From positions 124,001-188,000 of the forward strand of contig CT868057.1 of the NCBI GenBank assembly GCA_000165425.1: a stretch of DNA of 64,000 nucleotides, read 5' to 3'. This DNA is from Paramecium tetraurelia (Eukaryota). The notes below the pieces were generated by a model, which saw only the letters and a list, made by a program, of their open reading frames with translations, had not been told where the DNA came from and made no database searches. A program made the position numbers and the translations under genes. Of the stretch, positions 1 through 13,900 are shown piece by piece (position 1 is the first letter of the stretch; every line of letters begins with the position of its first letter).

Positions 1-1456
1 CACTTAAATCTTCTTCCAAAGTCAACTTCTTCAACTCATCTTCACTCTAATATTTATGTAGAATATCTACTTTAGTACTAGTTTTATACTCCTGTTCAGG
101 GAAAAACATATAGATTTAAATATTAAAAATAATAATGAAAAAGGCTTTATATGTTTAAATTCGCATCGTTAATCACCTATTTGATTATTCTTCTCATTGC
201 AATTGTATCATATGCATCATAGTCTATTTTCAGATTCAAATTGATTACCTCTTTTATGATCCCTCAACCAATACACTTGATATTTAGATTAGCATTTCAT
301 AAATTTTAATGTCAATTCATTTTTTTCAAACTTTATGTAATTTTGGATTTCTCAAAATATTCCTAAACAAACCGTCCATCTTTATTCTCTTACTGAATCT
401 ATATAATTGATACCTCCAATTATTCAGTTTTCTCTTAAGCATTATATTTGCTAAATATAAAGTTATTTTAATTGCTGAACTTTAATCAACATTTTGACTT
501 AAATATTTTTTGAGTTTTCTATGATTCATTTCAAATTAGTCACAGCTAATCCAATGCAGAACTGATCCCTCCACTAAATTCTTAGTTTAGAATGATTTTT
601 TAATTTAGTTATCGAAGTCTACTTCTGATCTTAAGTTTATTCAATTATTATTCTACAATATAATCAAACTGATCCTTGTATTTCAATCTACTCAAATTAT
701 TAATCATAATAATAGGGGACGCAGAAATCAATTTATTTAAATAAAGGATTGGTAAATATGGATGCCAATTTTAAAACAGATTATCAAATCTCAATAATTC
801 AAAGTTCGAAAGCAGGGAGCTTTAAAGAGCATTTTTTTTTCAAAAATTTTTATTCTTTTAGTGAATATAAGTGAGATTAATTAAACATATTTTGAATAAA
901 TTTTTGTAATAGTTACTTCTTTGCAAAAATATAACTTATTTTATTTGTGTATTACATATAGATATTATTATTTCTATTTTTTATCTCAAAATTATTCTAA
1001 TCTCACATCATAATGAATATTCTCTAAGATAAATGTGATATCCAAAAATCTGTATTTTCTAAGATATCTCAGTTGAAATAAATTTCTATTAATGAGACTT
1101 TTGACATATAATAATCTTGTTTACAATTTTATTAAAAATGAACAATTTTGTTTAATTACTTTCAAACTAAATCCAATTATTCCTATTCATGGAATATTTT
1201 TAGATCTTGCTTTGTTTTATACTACATTTAATTGTTGTTTAATATATAAGCTAAACTTTCTTTTACTAATTATATAGGTTTATTTCTTAATTCATTTGGT
1301 ATCTGATTCTTAATATTTGCTTTCTTTATACATTTAGGATCTTTACTAGCCAATTACTGAAACCCAAATTTTTCGATACAAATTAAAAATTCTTTATTCA
1401 TTAACCTTATGTTTAAGAGCTTCGATTTTAATTTTTAATTTAAATCATATATAATA

Positions 1457-2462
1457 TCACACCTTAAGAATATACTTCTCTCTATTAATCATTTCTTCAT
1501 AAGCATCTTAAATGGTCTTAGAAACCCCTCCAAACCATTTCGAATTTTTTACTCCCTCTATATTAAATCTCTTTTCTGGATTTGGATTTACCATTCCCAA
1601 AAAGAGTTCCCTATAATTAAATTGTATAAGTACTTGAAATCGAACGAAAACTCCATTTTTTACGAATGAATTTCCCAAAACTATTTGTGATTCTCCTAGA
1701 TTATCAAATTGTATAATGCATCCTATTAGTTAGCTTTCGAAAATGGTGGCTAACCCTTATACATAATGAATAGAATGACTCCCAATGAAAAAACATCGGC
1801 TTTAACTCCATCATATATTGCTCCATACAATACTTCTGGTGCTTAATAATCTTAATAAGTATTGTGATATAATACTCTTAGTTCCAACCTTAGTCTTCAA
1901 TTTGCCATCTTTGTATTTATTCAGATATGAGGCGCATGCAAAATTACATAGTTTTAGATTAAATTTTCTATCTAATAATATTGACTCTAATTTTAGATTT
2001 CTATGAACGAATCCCTATCCATGCATGAAATCTACCACTTGAGTCAATTGCTTAAAGTAATAGCGACACAGACTCTCTCCAAAATTACCAGTCTTAGCTA
2101 TAAATTCAAACAAATCTCCTTTTTCCAAGTATTCCAAAACTAAGCAATCCATAGTTATAATTTCTCCTGAATCTCCCTATAAATAGAAACTTGAAATTTA
2201 CCTTGAATTTCATCTGCAAATTCTTATACAAAGTGATAATATTGGAATGACTCAATTTTTCCAAAATTTTTGCTTCATTGTGACATCTTATATCGCTGGC
2301 AGGACAAGTATAAACTTTGATGGCATAATTAACTTATGAATTTACATCCTACACGTGATACACACTTTTAAATAACTTAGATTATTACTCTGCCATTGAT
2401 CCAGTTCCTAATACCTTCAAGAATCGATATTCATTTATCACTGCACCAATTACTTGATCCAT
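1457..2462 (-). CDS. Ser/Thr kinase-fold protein (CAMK-like), probable pseudokinase; 4 small introns
   Basis: Ciliate-code translation: LGTGSMA, YAIK, HNEAKIL, LEYLEKGDLF, HRNLKLES, CNFA, APE, ADVFSLG, PEKR; ends at TGA. Confidence 0.85.
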
Positions 2463-2559
2463 AAAATTAAAAATAAATTTTGCTTACACATCATATCATT
2501 TTTAAATACTAAAAAAAAGAAGAAATGTTATAACTTTTTAATTATTATTAAAATATACT

Positions 2560-3192
2560 ATGAATAATCAAAAATCAGATGATGAAAAATACAAAAAATT
2601 TTAATGCAAAATTTGCTTAGATTTAGCCACAGAGCCAGTCATCACTCCATGCGGTCATCTTTATTGTTGGCAGTGTATATATACCGTAAAACTTTCAATA
2701 ATTTTATTCTAGTGGGCCTAAAAGAAGAATCCATTACAATGTCCATATTGTTCCAATGTCTTCGAATTAGACAAGGTCACAACTATCTTCACAGGGGATT
2801 CACAACAATCAAAGAAATCAGAAATTCCAAAACGACCCACAAATCCAAGACAAGAATAGACCAACTAATAACAACAATTTGGAAACTTTTCATTTGGCTT
2901 TGGTTTTGGAATGCCATTCATGATGATGTCCAATTTCAATTTTGGATAAGGACAATAGGCTAATGCAAGGGGTTTTATGTTAATATTCTTTCTTGGATTT
3001 ATAATGATGAATTTGCTTCCCATCCTCAATTTCGATTTCTATTTTTCAGAAACTTCCCAATAAACATAAAGAAGGTCAAGGAGACATCAAGACAAAAATG
3101 ATGATTATTTTACAATTTTTGGTATTGGCTTAGCCATTACACTTGGATTTGCTGGCCTTAGCTATTTAGTTAAAAGGATTTTGAACAAATGA
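2560..3192 (+). CDS. C3HC4 RING E3 ligase, RNF5/RNF185/RMA1-like, C-terminal hydrophobic segments; 1 intron
   Basis: [30 protein letters not shown]...CPYC, IPKRP, FSFGFGF, then hydrophobic C-terminus. Confidence 0.85.
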
Positions 3193-4427
3193 AGAATGAA
3201 AAATTTTCATGTTTTGTAATCTCAATATAATACACTCTGCATTTCGAGAATTAAAAATTTCATTAATTTTTAAAATGTTATAAATTATTTAAATATTGTG
3301 TTAATTTCATCACAACCTACTTAGCCTTCTGCATTGAGTGGGTCTCCATATAAGTTAATTCTCAAGTTTTAAACTTTTCCATTTTCAGTGAATTGTTAAT
3401 TTGATTTGAGAAAATAAATATTATAAACTATTGAAGCCATCCCAATTAACAAAATCAAATCTTTCATATTCTGGAATCGTTTGCTATCACAGATGTCGTC
3501 AGAACCCTGATTTTTTGAAAATTACACCACAGCGAATCAGCCTAACGAAAGATCTAAAATAAATTATTTCAAAAAATTGGTATTGGCTGTTGAAGAGGTT
3601 CAATAATAAAATAATAATTAGATTAACAGGCATTTATATATAAAACTACATGTTTCATAATTTGAATTTATTTTTTAATGAATTCTTCTCAAGTTCTCTA
3701 ACTTCGCTCAATAATTTCTTATACTTTTTAAGGTAGGTTTAGAAATTTATATATTTACACTTTTCTATTTTTTTTATAATGGATTTCATAGTTTTTTTTA
3801 TCTTATCTTAGAGTTCTTATTTATTACTACTTCCCATCAAATTAAATTTTAAATTATTGAATTTTTATATATTATTTTAAATTTATGTATTTATTTTTTG
3901 TACTCAATTCCAACCAATCCAATAAAATTTCTGAAGGTTAATTTGAATAATTTAATATTGTAGATTCTTTGCTAGAGCCTATCATTGACCCCATCGATTA
4001 TGATTCAAGAATTACCCAATTGATCAGACAACTTCAGTAATTATCAATGGCTATTCTATTTAATTATATTGGTATATTTTCTAATTTGCATCTTAAATTA
4101 TAAGATTTTTACGAATATATGCTTTATTAATGGATAATATAAATAATTGTTCCATAAAATGATAATTAATTAAAGAAAATAAAGCTTATAGCTTAAAAAA
4201 CTATTAAAGGAAGATTCCAATTTAGATTAATATAATTAAATCTTAAATAATTTAATCTTTTGAATCAAAATGATTTAAAAATTCGATAAATATCTAAGAA
4301 TATAAGAAATCTATATATATAACCTGCATAATTTTTATAATATTTAGTAATTTTTGAACTTTGAGAAAAGAATATTAAATATTTGATTGTAATAATTATT
4401 TACAAAAAAAAATGAATATATTTGAAT

Positions 4428-5964
4428 TCATTTTAGTATCTGTAAAAGCATCTTTTTATATCTAGCTACAAATGCTGGGATGAATTCTTTTTAAATATTA
4501 TTTGCTCTGATATAGATTTGCTATGCCTTGATAAATGGTTCTCTTTAGGTTGCAATGAATTTACGAATATTTTAGTTCACGTGTTGCAATGAAAACGATT
4601 ATGTTATTCTATGATTTACTTACTATTATAAGGATAATTTATATTTTGGATTATCATAAATTTTATGGTCAAACTCATACAATTCTTTGTTCTAATGATA
4701 TTTTTCTGTTATTTCTAGTATCTTTTTTGGTAATTTTGGTTGTCTCTTGTAAATTGTATTTATTGTTTAAGTTTATTCATGGTGAACTAAATTGAATTCT
4801 TTGAATTCTTTAGTTGCAACAAGTGTTGTAAGTATTTCAATAGGATTACAATTGTTGTACTTAATAATTCTTCTGTCATCATAATACTTGCCATTGGCAA
4901 TATTGATAAATGGAATATTAATAGATCCTTGAATAGAAGACATAAAGTCTATGGCTTTAGTTGGGAGTGTTTTTTCGAACATAGAAATGAATTCTAAGGC
5001 TGTAACCCTATAATAAGACTTTGGTGATTCTAAAAATCCGCTTGTCCATTTCTAATGATAAAATTCAGCCCTCTAAATATTGCCTTGATAAAAGTATGCA
5101 ATTCCCATGGCATCATAACATTGAATTTCAAGATCATGATAATCAAATGCCCATGAATACATCAAGGCTTTTTGGACAATAAGTATTTGCTAGTCAAATA
5201 ACTTATACCTATAAATATATTATATTTTACTGTTTAGCACATTATGCTAAAGCTAATAGAGTTTTGACCTTCAATAATGGATTACGAGTTAGATTTGATA
5301 GCGTATAGCAATCCTTAAGAAAATAGGTAGCTTTTGAATATTCTTGGCAATCTAGGAAGAAAGTGGCTAAGAACAATATCATTTCTGAAAAGGTTTCAGT
5401 TAACTATATTGACTTATTTGTATTTTAATACATTTTCTTATTATGCCAGAAGCATAGGAGTTAAAAACAGATTAACAATTCGTTCAACATCTTTCCTTCT
5501 AATTATGTCCTAAAAGATGAGTGAATTCTCTTCAAAAAATAGAGCTATATTGTATCTCTTGTCATTCTTGTTAAATCTTTATGTATTGATGAAGGAATTC
5601 ACTTTTTGTTCCTAAAAAATGAATCACATAAATTTAATACTCTGCTCATCTGATTTTTTGAGTTCAAAGGTGAATGGGGAGTCATGTTTGGGGTTCTGAT
5701 CTCAAATTCATGGAGATTACTGAAGTCTAGATGTTTTACTGTCTGATCTTGAGTTCTTTCAAATACTGACAAATCTTTTGGAACTGGCGATGTTCGCTAT
5801 GAGAAGGATTGTAACTTAGATTAGGGTTTTTACATAGTAGTAGGTCTGCTTGGAGGACTGTTCAATAGATTTCGTAAAACAGAAGACATTTAGCTTTTTC
5901 TATAATGTTTGAGTTTTTCCAAGATGTTTGAAGGAGTTGAAGGAGGTGAATAATTGGTTTACAT
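4428..5964 (-). CDS. Hypothetical protein with TPR-like helical region; 3 introns
   Basis: Continuous frame after removing short GT..AG introns; KALMYSWAFDYHDLEIQCYDAMGIAYFYQGNIQRAEFYH is TPR-like. Confidence 0.65.
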
Positions 5965-5982
5965 AAATAATTATTAAATTTA

Positions 5983-8758
5983 ATGGAACCAGATCCAAAA
6001 TTATTGTCTCTCTTAGAGAAGGTTAATAATCCAATTGAGTTGTTCAAAATACAGATAACTGTGAAAGTAAAGTGGCAATACAATAATTATAAAGGGAGTT
6101 TATGGATTTAGTGAAGATTGGAAATTAACAGATGAAACGAATCCAGGAATATTTGCAAATGTAGTTCGGTACTAAGGGGAAGATATGTTTGGCAAGATCA
6201 AGGGTCGAGAATTGACAGAGAAAGAGAAATTTGAAGAGTATTAGAAAAATAGTAAAAAGAATAAAAAGGACACTAAGAGTCCAGAGGAAGAAGAATAAAT
6301 GAAAAAGGCATTGGCATTGGAGGAAGAGGAAGAATTGAAGAAATAATAGCATTTGGGGACTTTATAAGAGCAGGATAAATTGTTTTTTATTTCTGAGGAC
6401 AAATTCAAAACCATAAGCATCTAATATGAAGAAACTCATACTATTGAAATTACAAATGTACGTTAATTAGAGGAAGAGATTCTTGAGAACAGAAACTTCA
6501 TTTATTTTATTAGATAACCTGCAATCACAGAGGAAGAATTAATTAAATTGAGGAAAGGTAAGACTAAAAATCTGAATAATGCTGAATTAACTTAAATAAT
6601 ATTTAAGGGAGCTTTCGATTTATCGGATTTATTAGAGCCAGGATGTACTCGTACAACTGTGAGAGCATTTTTAAAATAAGAAGAAAATGCAGATTGTCCT
6701 AAATACAATAGTGATAAGTTGTATGTCAAAGTAGAAATAGAGACAGAACCTGCTCTCACTCCTTTGGTAGAAGATATTCCAAAGTTGGATATTGAACCAA
6801 TCATTGTTTAAAGAATACCCAGCAAATTTGAGTGTGTTGGGTAATTTCAAAGTATTCATTATTCATGATCATCTCTAGGGGACATTAAAGAGGCTATGAA
6901 AGCTTTAGATGAAGAATATTCTAAACTTTATCCTAGCGATCAAAAAGTCAAAGTTAGTGCTAATTTAACAGTTTAAAAAAGGCAGGAGTTATAGAAAAAA
7001 AAAGAATCTTTTCTTAATGAAATTAATTAATCAGGAAAATATAAAATTCTTTAAGATAGATTGAGATCCTCTATTATTAGAGTTTGCATTGACAAATTTG
7101 CTAAGGAAGGGTTATTTGTGGGAGTTAATAAAGATGAATAAGACAGACTGTTTGCAGAACTTTATGTTTTCATGATGGAAGAAATGCAAACAACGCTTGG
7201 CGAATATGTACTGAATAATAAAGAAGACATTCATGAAGACTTATACTAAACCTATGATTAAAATCAAAGGGATCGAGACGTAGTGTTTCAATCTTTGAAG
7301 GAATAAGCATTTAAGAAATTCAAGCGATTTGCTGAACAATATGAAACTATCAATCAAGTCGACTAAGCACTGAAATACTATACTAATATGGTCTTGGTAG
7401 ATCCTAAATCAGCTACTATTTTTGCTAAATATTGTTTTAAAATTCAGAGATTTAAAGCAGCTGAACAATTAATCTAAATGGTCAGAGAACTAGAATGGAA
7501 TAAAGAAAATGAATTATTGATGGCTTGTCTTTATATAAGAAGAGAAAGATTTAAGGAGGCCACAAACATTGTTTAAGACTTACTATCAAAGGAACCAATA
7601 AATACACTTTTTAATCTCCTTATGGCCTTCATCTACAAGCAATAAGGAAATCAAAATATGGCTGACAAATATCTAAGATGCACATAAAGAATTTTTATGA
7701 GAACCATGGGCTTATTAACAAAAGGGTATGATAACTAATTTTTATTCAAGATTTCCAAAGCAATAACCTGATCCTCATGTCTTACCAAATTTCAAATAAT
7801 AAATGATAGAACAATAAGAAAAAGCTAAGAAAGCTCCGGTTTTGACTTAAGAATAAACTGATTAAATACAATTAGAATTAATAGAATATTTTGCATCTCG
7901 TAGCTTATTTGACTTAGCCGAGAAGGCCCTTGTAAATATAAAAGATAAAACAACTCAAAAAATTAACATTATCAAAGCCTTAGATTCATATTTTCAATGA
8001 AAACTATTCAGAAAGCTCCAAAAATCTAATTCCAAAAAATCTTTAAATCAAAAACCCAAAAAATTATGAGGGTCTATTCTAATTAAAGGGTGCTTTATGG
8101 CTATTAAACCAAGATCAGTTTTTATGAAGGCAGAAAGAAACATTTTTGAAAAAGCTTTATCTATTCAACAAAAAAAAAATCCTTTGATATTCTATTGGAG
8201 GTTGGGATATTTATTTATTTGAAACGTAAGGTCTTGGGCAGGATGGCTAAGGCTATCTTTTGGAACGAGCATTAGACCTAATAAAGTTCCTTTCAAATAA
8301 GTTCTTTAACCTGGTTAGGATTAGGAATATCCAATTTGAGATTGAAGGATCCAATTGCAGAAGAATGTCTTTGTCAAGCAAGCATTCATGAACCATTTAA
8401 TGGGGAAGTTTGGGGTTATTAGGCACTTAATTGCTTGTAACAAAAAAGAGGTTAGTAGGCTAAACAGTGCTTGCAAAGGATGGAGTAAACAGAAGTAAAT
8501 GATCTAGATTTATTGATCGAATTGGCTGAGGAGATGAACAAATGTTAAGATTTTGAAAGCTGTCGATAAATATTGATGAGAGTCTATAACTCAAAAGTCA
8601 AAATTCCTAATATGGGTTAACTTTTAAAGAATCTAGGGTCAGTTCATGCAGAATTAGGAAGAAAAGAGGAAGCCAAACAGTATTATGAGGAGTCATTGTA
8701 ATATTTGGAGAGTGGAAATGAAAAGGCTAAAGTAATTCAAGAAATGAAGCTTTTATGA
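5983..8758 (+). CDS. CFAP70: Cilia- and flagella-associated protein 70 (TTC18)-like TPR protein; frameshift-riddled segment about 7990-8290
   Basis: DLLEPGCTRTTVRAFL and SGKYKILQDRLRSSIIRVCIDKF...LFAELYVFMMEEM resemble CFAP70; C-terminal TPRs (SLTWLGLGIS, NGEVWGY). Confidence 0.75.
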
Positions 8759-9500
8759 AGATTTCCAATTTCATATATTTTATATATATAATTATAAATT
8801 TAAATATCCGATTCATAAAATATCTTACTTACTCAATATTTACTTAACATTTTATATCACATTCCAATGTATTTTAGTTCTCCTTCTTCTTAAAATTAAT
8901 CTCAGCATTCTTTTCTAAAGTGCTATAAAAAAATAATTCTATAAACTTTAATCAAGGTATAAATTTTAAAAAGAAAAAGGAGCTTTTATGATTATAAATA
9001 TAAATATTTTAATAAAAATGTTAAAATATTGATAAAGACATTGTTTAATTTAAACAGAGTTTTTTTTTAGAAATATTTATATAGAAAAAAAAAAAAATCC
9101 ATTAAAGTACGATTGTAAACTAACATCTAAAAAATGATGAAAGATTAGTCAACTAATTATAGAATAAAATTGAAAAATCAAATTGAGAATATAAGGGAAA
9201 AGAAGAATTTTTTGCCTAAATTATTCTATATTCAATAAATATATTAGATTAAAAAAATAGAATATATGCTATTGAGGATAATTAATTAATAAATCCATAA
9301 GGATAACTAATTAAGGGAAAAATGCTTTATTTATAGGATGATTATGATAACAAATACTACACTAGGATAACTTTATTCATTCACTTGAGCTAATACATAT
9401 GATAAGCTTAAAATAGAACTCTTAAATACATCTAAATAATCGAATGAATATAATTGTAATTCTTCATATAAGTCAGTATGTTTTAAAAATTAAAAATGAT

Positions 9501-10812
9501 TCATTAATTACAAATATACATCAATTCAAACAATATTGTGCATTCGCTTTAATATTCTAATGCATATCGCTGTAAATTTTAGCCTGCCCTTTTTTCTTGT
9601 AGTAGCTTAACTAATAATTAAGGACTTGCATTAGAATTCTCTTTAAAAAATTATTCAATTTATGTATAAATAGTTTTGATTTTAACTGATTTCTTCATAA
9701 CGCTTAATCTTTGTTTTGCTTTCTCTAATTTTTCATTGGGCACTGGTTTTTATTCATAATTCTAATATGATTAGAAAATATAATACATCTTGTCTTCTAA
9801 AATTTTTAGCCAAAATGGCTGATTGCAATTTTGTAATTGATTGTGCTGCATCTTTAGCTGATAGTAATTTTAATTATTGTTATCCTAAAGAAAAAGCTTT
9901 AATCTTTTAAATTGTTTCATCTATATCTTATTTATAATCATTGCCTTCTTCTTATGCGACCCTCTTAATTAAAGAGTTAATAATTTAGAGTTGTTTTGTT
10001 GCTTCCTCCTTGATTGTTTTCAACCCTCTGGTACTATCTTCCATAAGTTTTAAGAAAACCTAATTTACAAACTAATATAAGTCGTGATATGAGATTTAAT
10101 ATTATTTAAGATTGATTTCCTCTCCATTTACTTTAATTATCGGAGTTTCTGAGAAAATAGTTTGATTGGGTGCAAGTCTTCTCAATTTTTTCCCATATGG
10201 AACCAGAGATACAGGAGGTTCAACTCTAACTAGTTTGTAGAAGATTTCTTCTTTGATTTATTGCAATTTATTCGCAAAATCAACTTTTGAATCTTAAATG
10301 TATTCCATCTAAGAACTGATTAATGTTGAATTATGAATCCTATTTTTCAACTCAGCCACAATTGTATGAGAAAATGTTTCTCCTATTGCCAAAGTAAAGA
10401 ACTTAAATTAATATTCTTGCTCATGAAATAAAGAAAAGTTTTCTGCTAAATCATCTATGTAATCCTCCAATTTATCTTCACCAACTCCATCTGTGATAAA
10501 TATCACAATAACATTTTTTTTCAATTTTTCACTCTTTACTAGTTTTATTAATTCATGAAAACCCAAGGATATATTTGTTCCTTCTCCTTTTTGTTAATTT
10601 AATTTAGGATTCTATTATAATATCGCAGTATCATCAAATTAAATACAATATGAACTTTAGATATCTAATAAGAAATGATTCCAAGCCTTGCATAAATCTT
10701 CCCAGCATTCACTCATGCTTCCAGATCCATCAATCACACCAACGACAGAAAAATTATCATCTGGTTTTTGATCCACTATTGTATAGAGGTAGAATTGTTT
10801 ATCCTAATTCAT
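9501..10812 (-). CDS. von Willebrand factor A (MIDAS) domain protein with helical C-terminus; 1 intron
   Basis: VVGVIDGSGSM, GEGTNISLGF, VIVIFITDG, FFTLAIG; frame followed to TGA at 9501. Confidence 0.85.
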
Positions 10813-10993
10813 CTTAATAATTACTTAATTAAATATAAGATTAATAAGTTTTATCTGATAGCTTTTAATAGAATATGTGAATTAAAAGGGGGATTGACTC
10901 TTATTAAAATCATCATCGTGATAATTTTGTTTTTTATATGGTGATCCACAACTTAGAATTTTTAATAAAAATTATATCTTAAATATTTTATAG

Positions 10994-13900
10994 ATGCTAA
11001 CATTTACTGTATAGTATGATGGGAAATAATTTAATTCGGAATGCCAGAGTTATAGAAAGGTCCAAGATTACGTTGATAAGTTAATTTCTACCCTGAAATT
11101 ATCAATTTAAAATAAGCAATATGGATTATTCATGAATAATAATGAGCTTCAAAGGGATAAAACATTTTTAGATAACAAAGTTATTAGGGGAGCACTTTTA
11201 GAATTGAGAATCACTAAAACCTTTGAGTATGCCTTTCTCAAAGTTAATAGAAATGGGAAATCCTTTTGGCCTCATATGAGTTTGGCTGCGATGGCATAAG
11301 AATTATATTAAGTGACTGCTTAAGAGTTTAAAATTGCTGATGATACATTTACACTTTTCTTTTAAGGAATTCCCCTTGAGAGAAATGTTTAGTTAGCTTA
11401 ATATAATATAATTGGAAATTCTATTATTAATTGTGAAAACAAAGAGTTCGCTAAACAAGATGATTAGGTAATCAACTAACAATAAAACATTTTGAATGCA
11501 AAGAATATTACATAAGAATAATAGAATTATAGCTAGCCAGAAATTTAATAGCAATAATAACATTTCATAGTTATTTTAGAATATCGCGAATAAAAATAAG
11601 TAATTGAGGCAACTTTAGATACTTACATAAATGAAATCATAGAAATTGCTAAATATATGTATAAAATTTAGGAAAACATTATTTTGAAGCTGAATTAAAA
11701 AATTTTACCAAACGACTAAAACTTACAATAATTATAAATCAAGAAAGGATATACTCTAACAATTGAAATTTAATAATAGTAAATACCATAATAATAATAA
11801 ATATCTTAATAATAATAAATACCTCAATAAAATATTAATATTATTTTAGAATATATTAATTCAAAAACATAACTCGAAGTAGCGAAAGATACTTACATTT
11901 AAGAACTAGTCGATACTGTAAAATAGTTACACAAAATAAATGAAAGTATAGTCTTAAAATTGAATCAATAAATTTTACCAAACAACTTAACTCTAGAATA
12001 ATTATAAATCAAAAAAGGTCATACACTTTCAGCTGAAGTTCAATAATAGTAACAGCCATAATAGTAATTACCCTAATAATAAACACGATAATAAAATATC
12101 ATAATTTTTTTAGAGTATCTTAGCTAAAAAACACAAATCGAAGTAACTGTAGATACCTAAATATAAGAACTAGTAGATACTGTAAAATAATTACACCAAA
12201 TAAATGAAAATATAGTCTTAAAGTTGAATCAATAAATTTTACCAAATAACTTAACTCTAGAATAATTACTAATCAAAAAAGGTCATACACTTTCAGCTGA
12301 AGTTCAATAATAGTAACAGCCATAATAGTAAATGCCCTAATAATAAACACGATAATAAAATATCATAATTTTTTTAGAGTATCTTGGCTAAAAAACACAA
12401 ATCGAAGTAACTATAGATACCTAAATATAAGAACTAGTAGATACTGTAAAATAATTACACAAAATAAATGAAAACATAGTCTTAAAATTGAATCAATAAA
12501 TTTTACCAAACAACTTAACTCTAGAATAATTACTAATCAAAAAAGGTCATACACTTTCAGCTGAAGTTCAATATTAGTAACAGCCATAATAGTAAATGCC
12601 CTAATAATAAACACTATAATAAAATATCATAATTTTTTTAGAGTATCTTGGCTAAAAGACACAAATCGAAGTAGCGTTAGATACTTGCGTATAAGAAATT
12701 GTAGATATTGCAATACCATTATACGAAATTAATGAAAATATAGTCTTAAAGTTGAATCAATAATTTTTACCAAACAATTAAACTCTAGAATAATTACTAA
12801 TCTAAAATGGTCATACACTTTTAGTTGAAGTTCAATAACAGTAACAGCCATAAAAGTAAATGCCCTAATAATAAACGCTTTAATAAAATATCATAATTTT
12901 TTTAGAGTATCTTGGCTAAAAGACACAAATCGAAGTAGCGTTAGATACTTGCGTATAAGAAATTGTAGATATTGCATTACCATTGTACGAAATTAATGAA
13001 AATATAGTCTTAAAGTTGAATCAATAATTTTTACCAAACAATTAAACTCTAGAATAATTACAAATCTAAAATGGTCATACACTTTTAGTTGAAGTTCAAT
13101 AACAGTAACAGCCATAAAAGTAAATGCCCTAATAATAAGCGCTATAATAAAATATCATAATTTCATTAGAGTACCTTGGGTAAAAAACACCAATAGAAGT
13201 AGCGCTAGATACTTATATATAAGAACTAATAGATACTGTAAAATAATTGCACCAAATTAAAGAAAATGTAGTCTTCACTTTGAATTAATAAATATTACCA
13301 AACAACTAAACTTTAGGATAATTAAACATTTTGAAAGGCACTACTCTAACAGCGGAAGTTCAATAATAATAATAATCAATATAATTAATTATTTATCACT
13401 CTAATTCTTAACCATTACCTGTTGAGGTAGACTAAGATACTAAAGTGTCAGAATTAGCAATTGAATTATAGGGCTATTACCAAATTTCATAAATTTTGTT
13501 TACTTTAGAAAATAGATAGGTGTTAGATCAATTGTTAACTTTTAGAGAATAAAATATTCTTACAGGTACTAAATTATACATCTAATAAATCTACGATACT
13601 CCAACCTAAATACCATCTGGAATGCAAGAAATAGTTTTGATAATTTTATTTGAGAGTCAAACCATTAATATAACTATCCCTAATAATTCCCTGGTAAAAG
13701 AGCTTGAAGATATGCTAAAGAAAAATTGGAATCTCAATTATGAAATAAATCTATTTCACAATGATAAAATGCTGAATTCGAATGAAACCTTTCTAAAGTA
13801 GCAAATAGTTAAAGGATCAAAGTTAGTGGTTAAATAAGCATTAGCTTAAAAAAAATAAATTCAATTAAGCTTGGTTTATGAGAGTTTAAATCCTCTTCAA

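Noticed and set aside
11558..13365. Tandem array as CRISPR, satellite or polyubiquitin locus
   Set aside because: No unique spacers, period is a multiple of 3 inside an ORF, and units lack the ubiquitin sequence and GG ends
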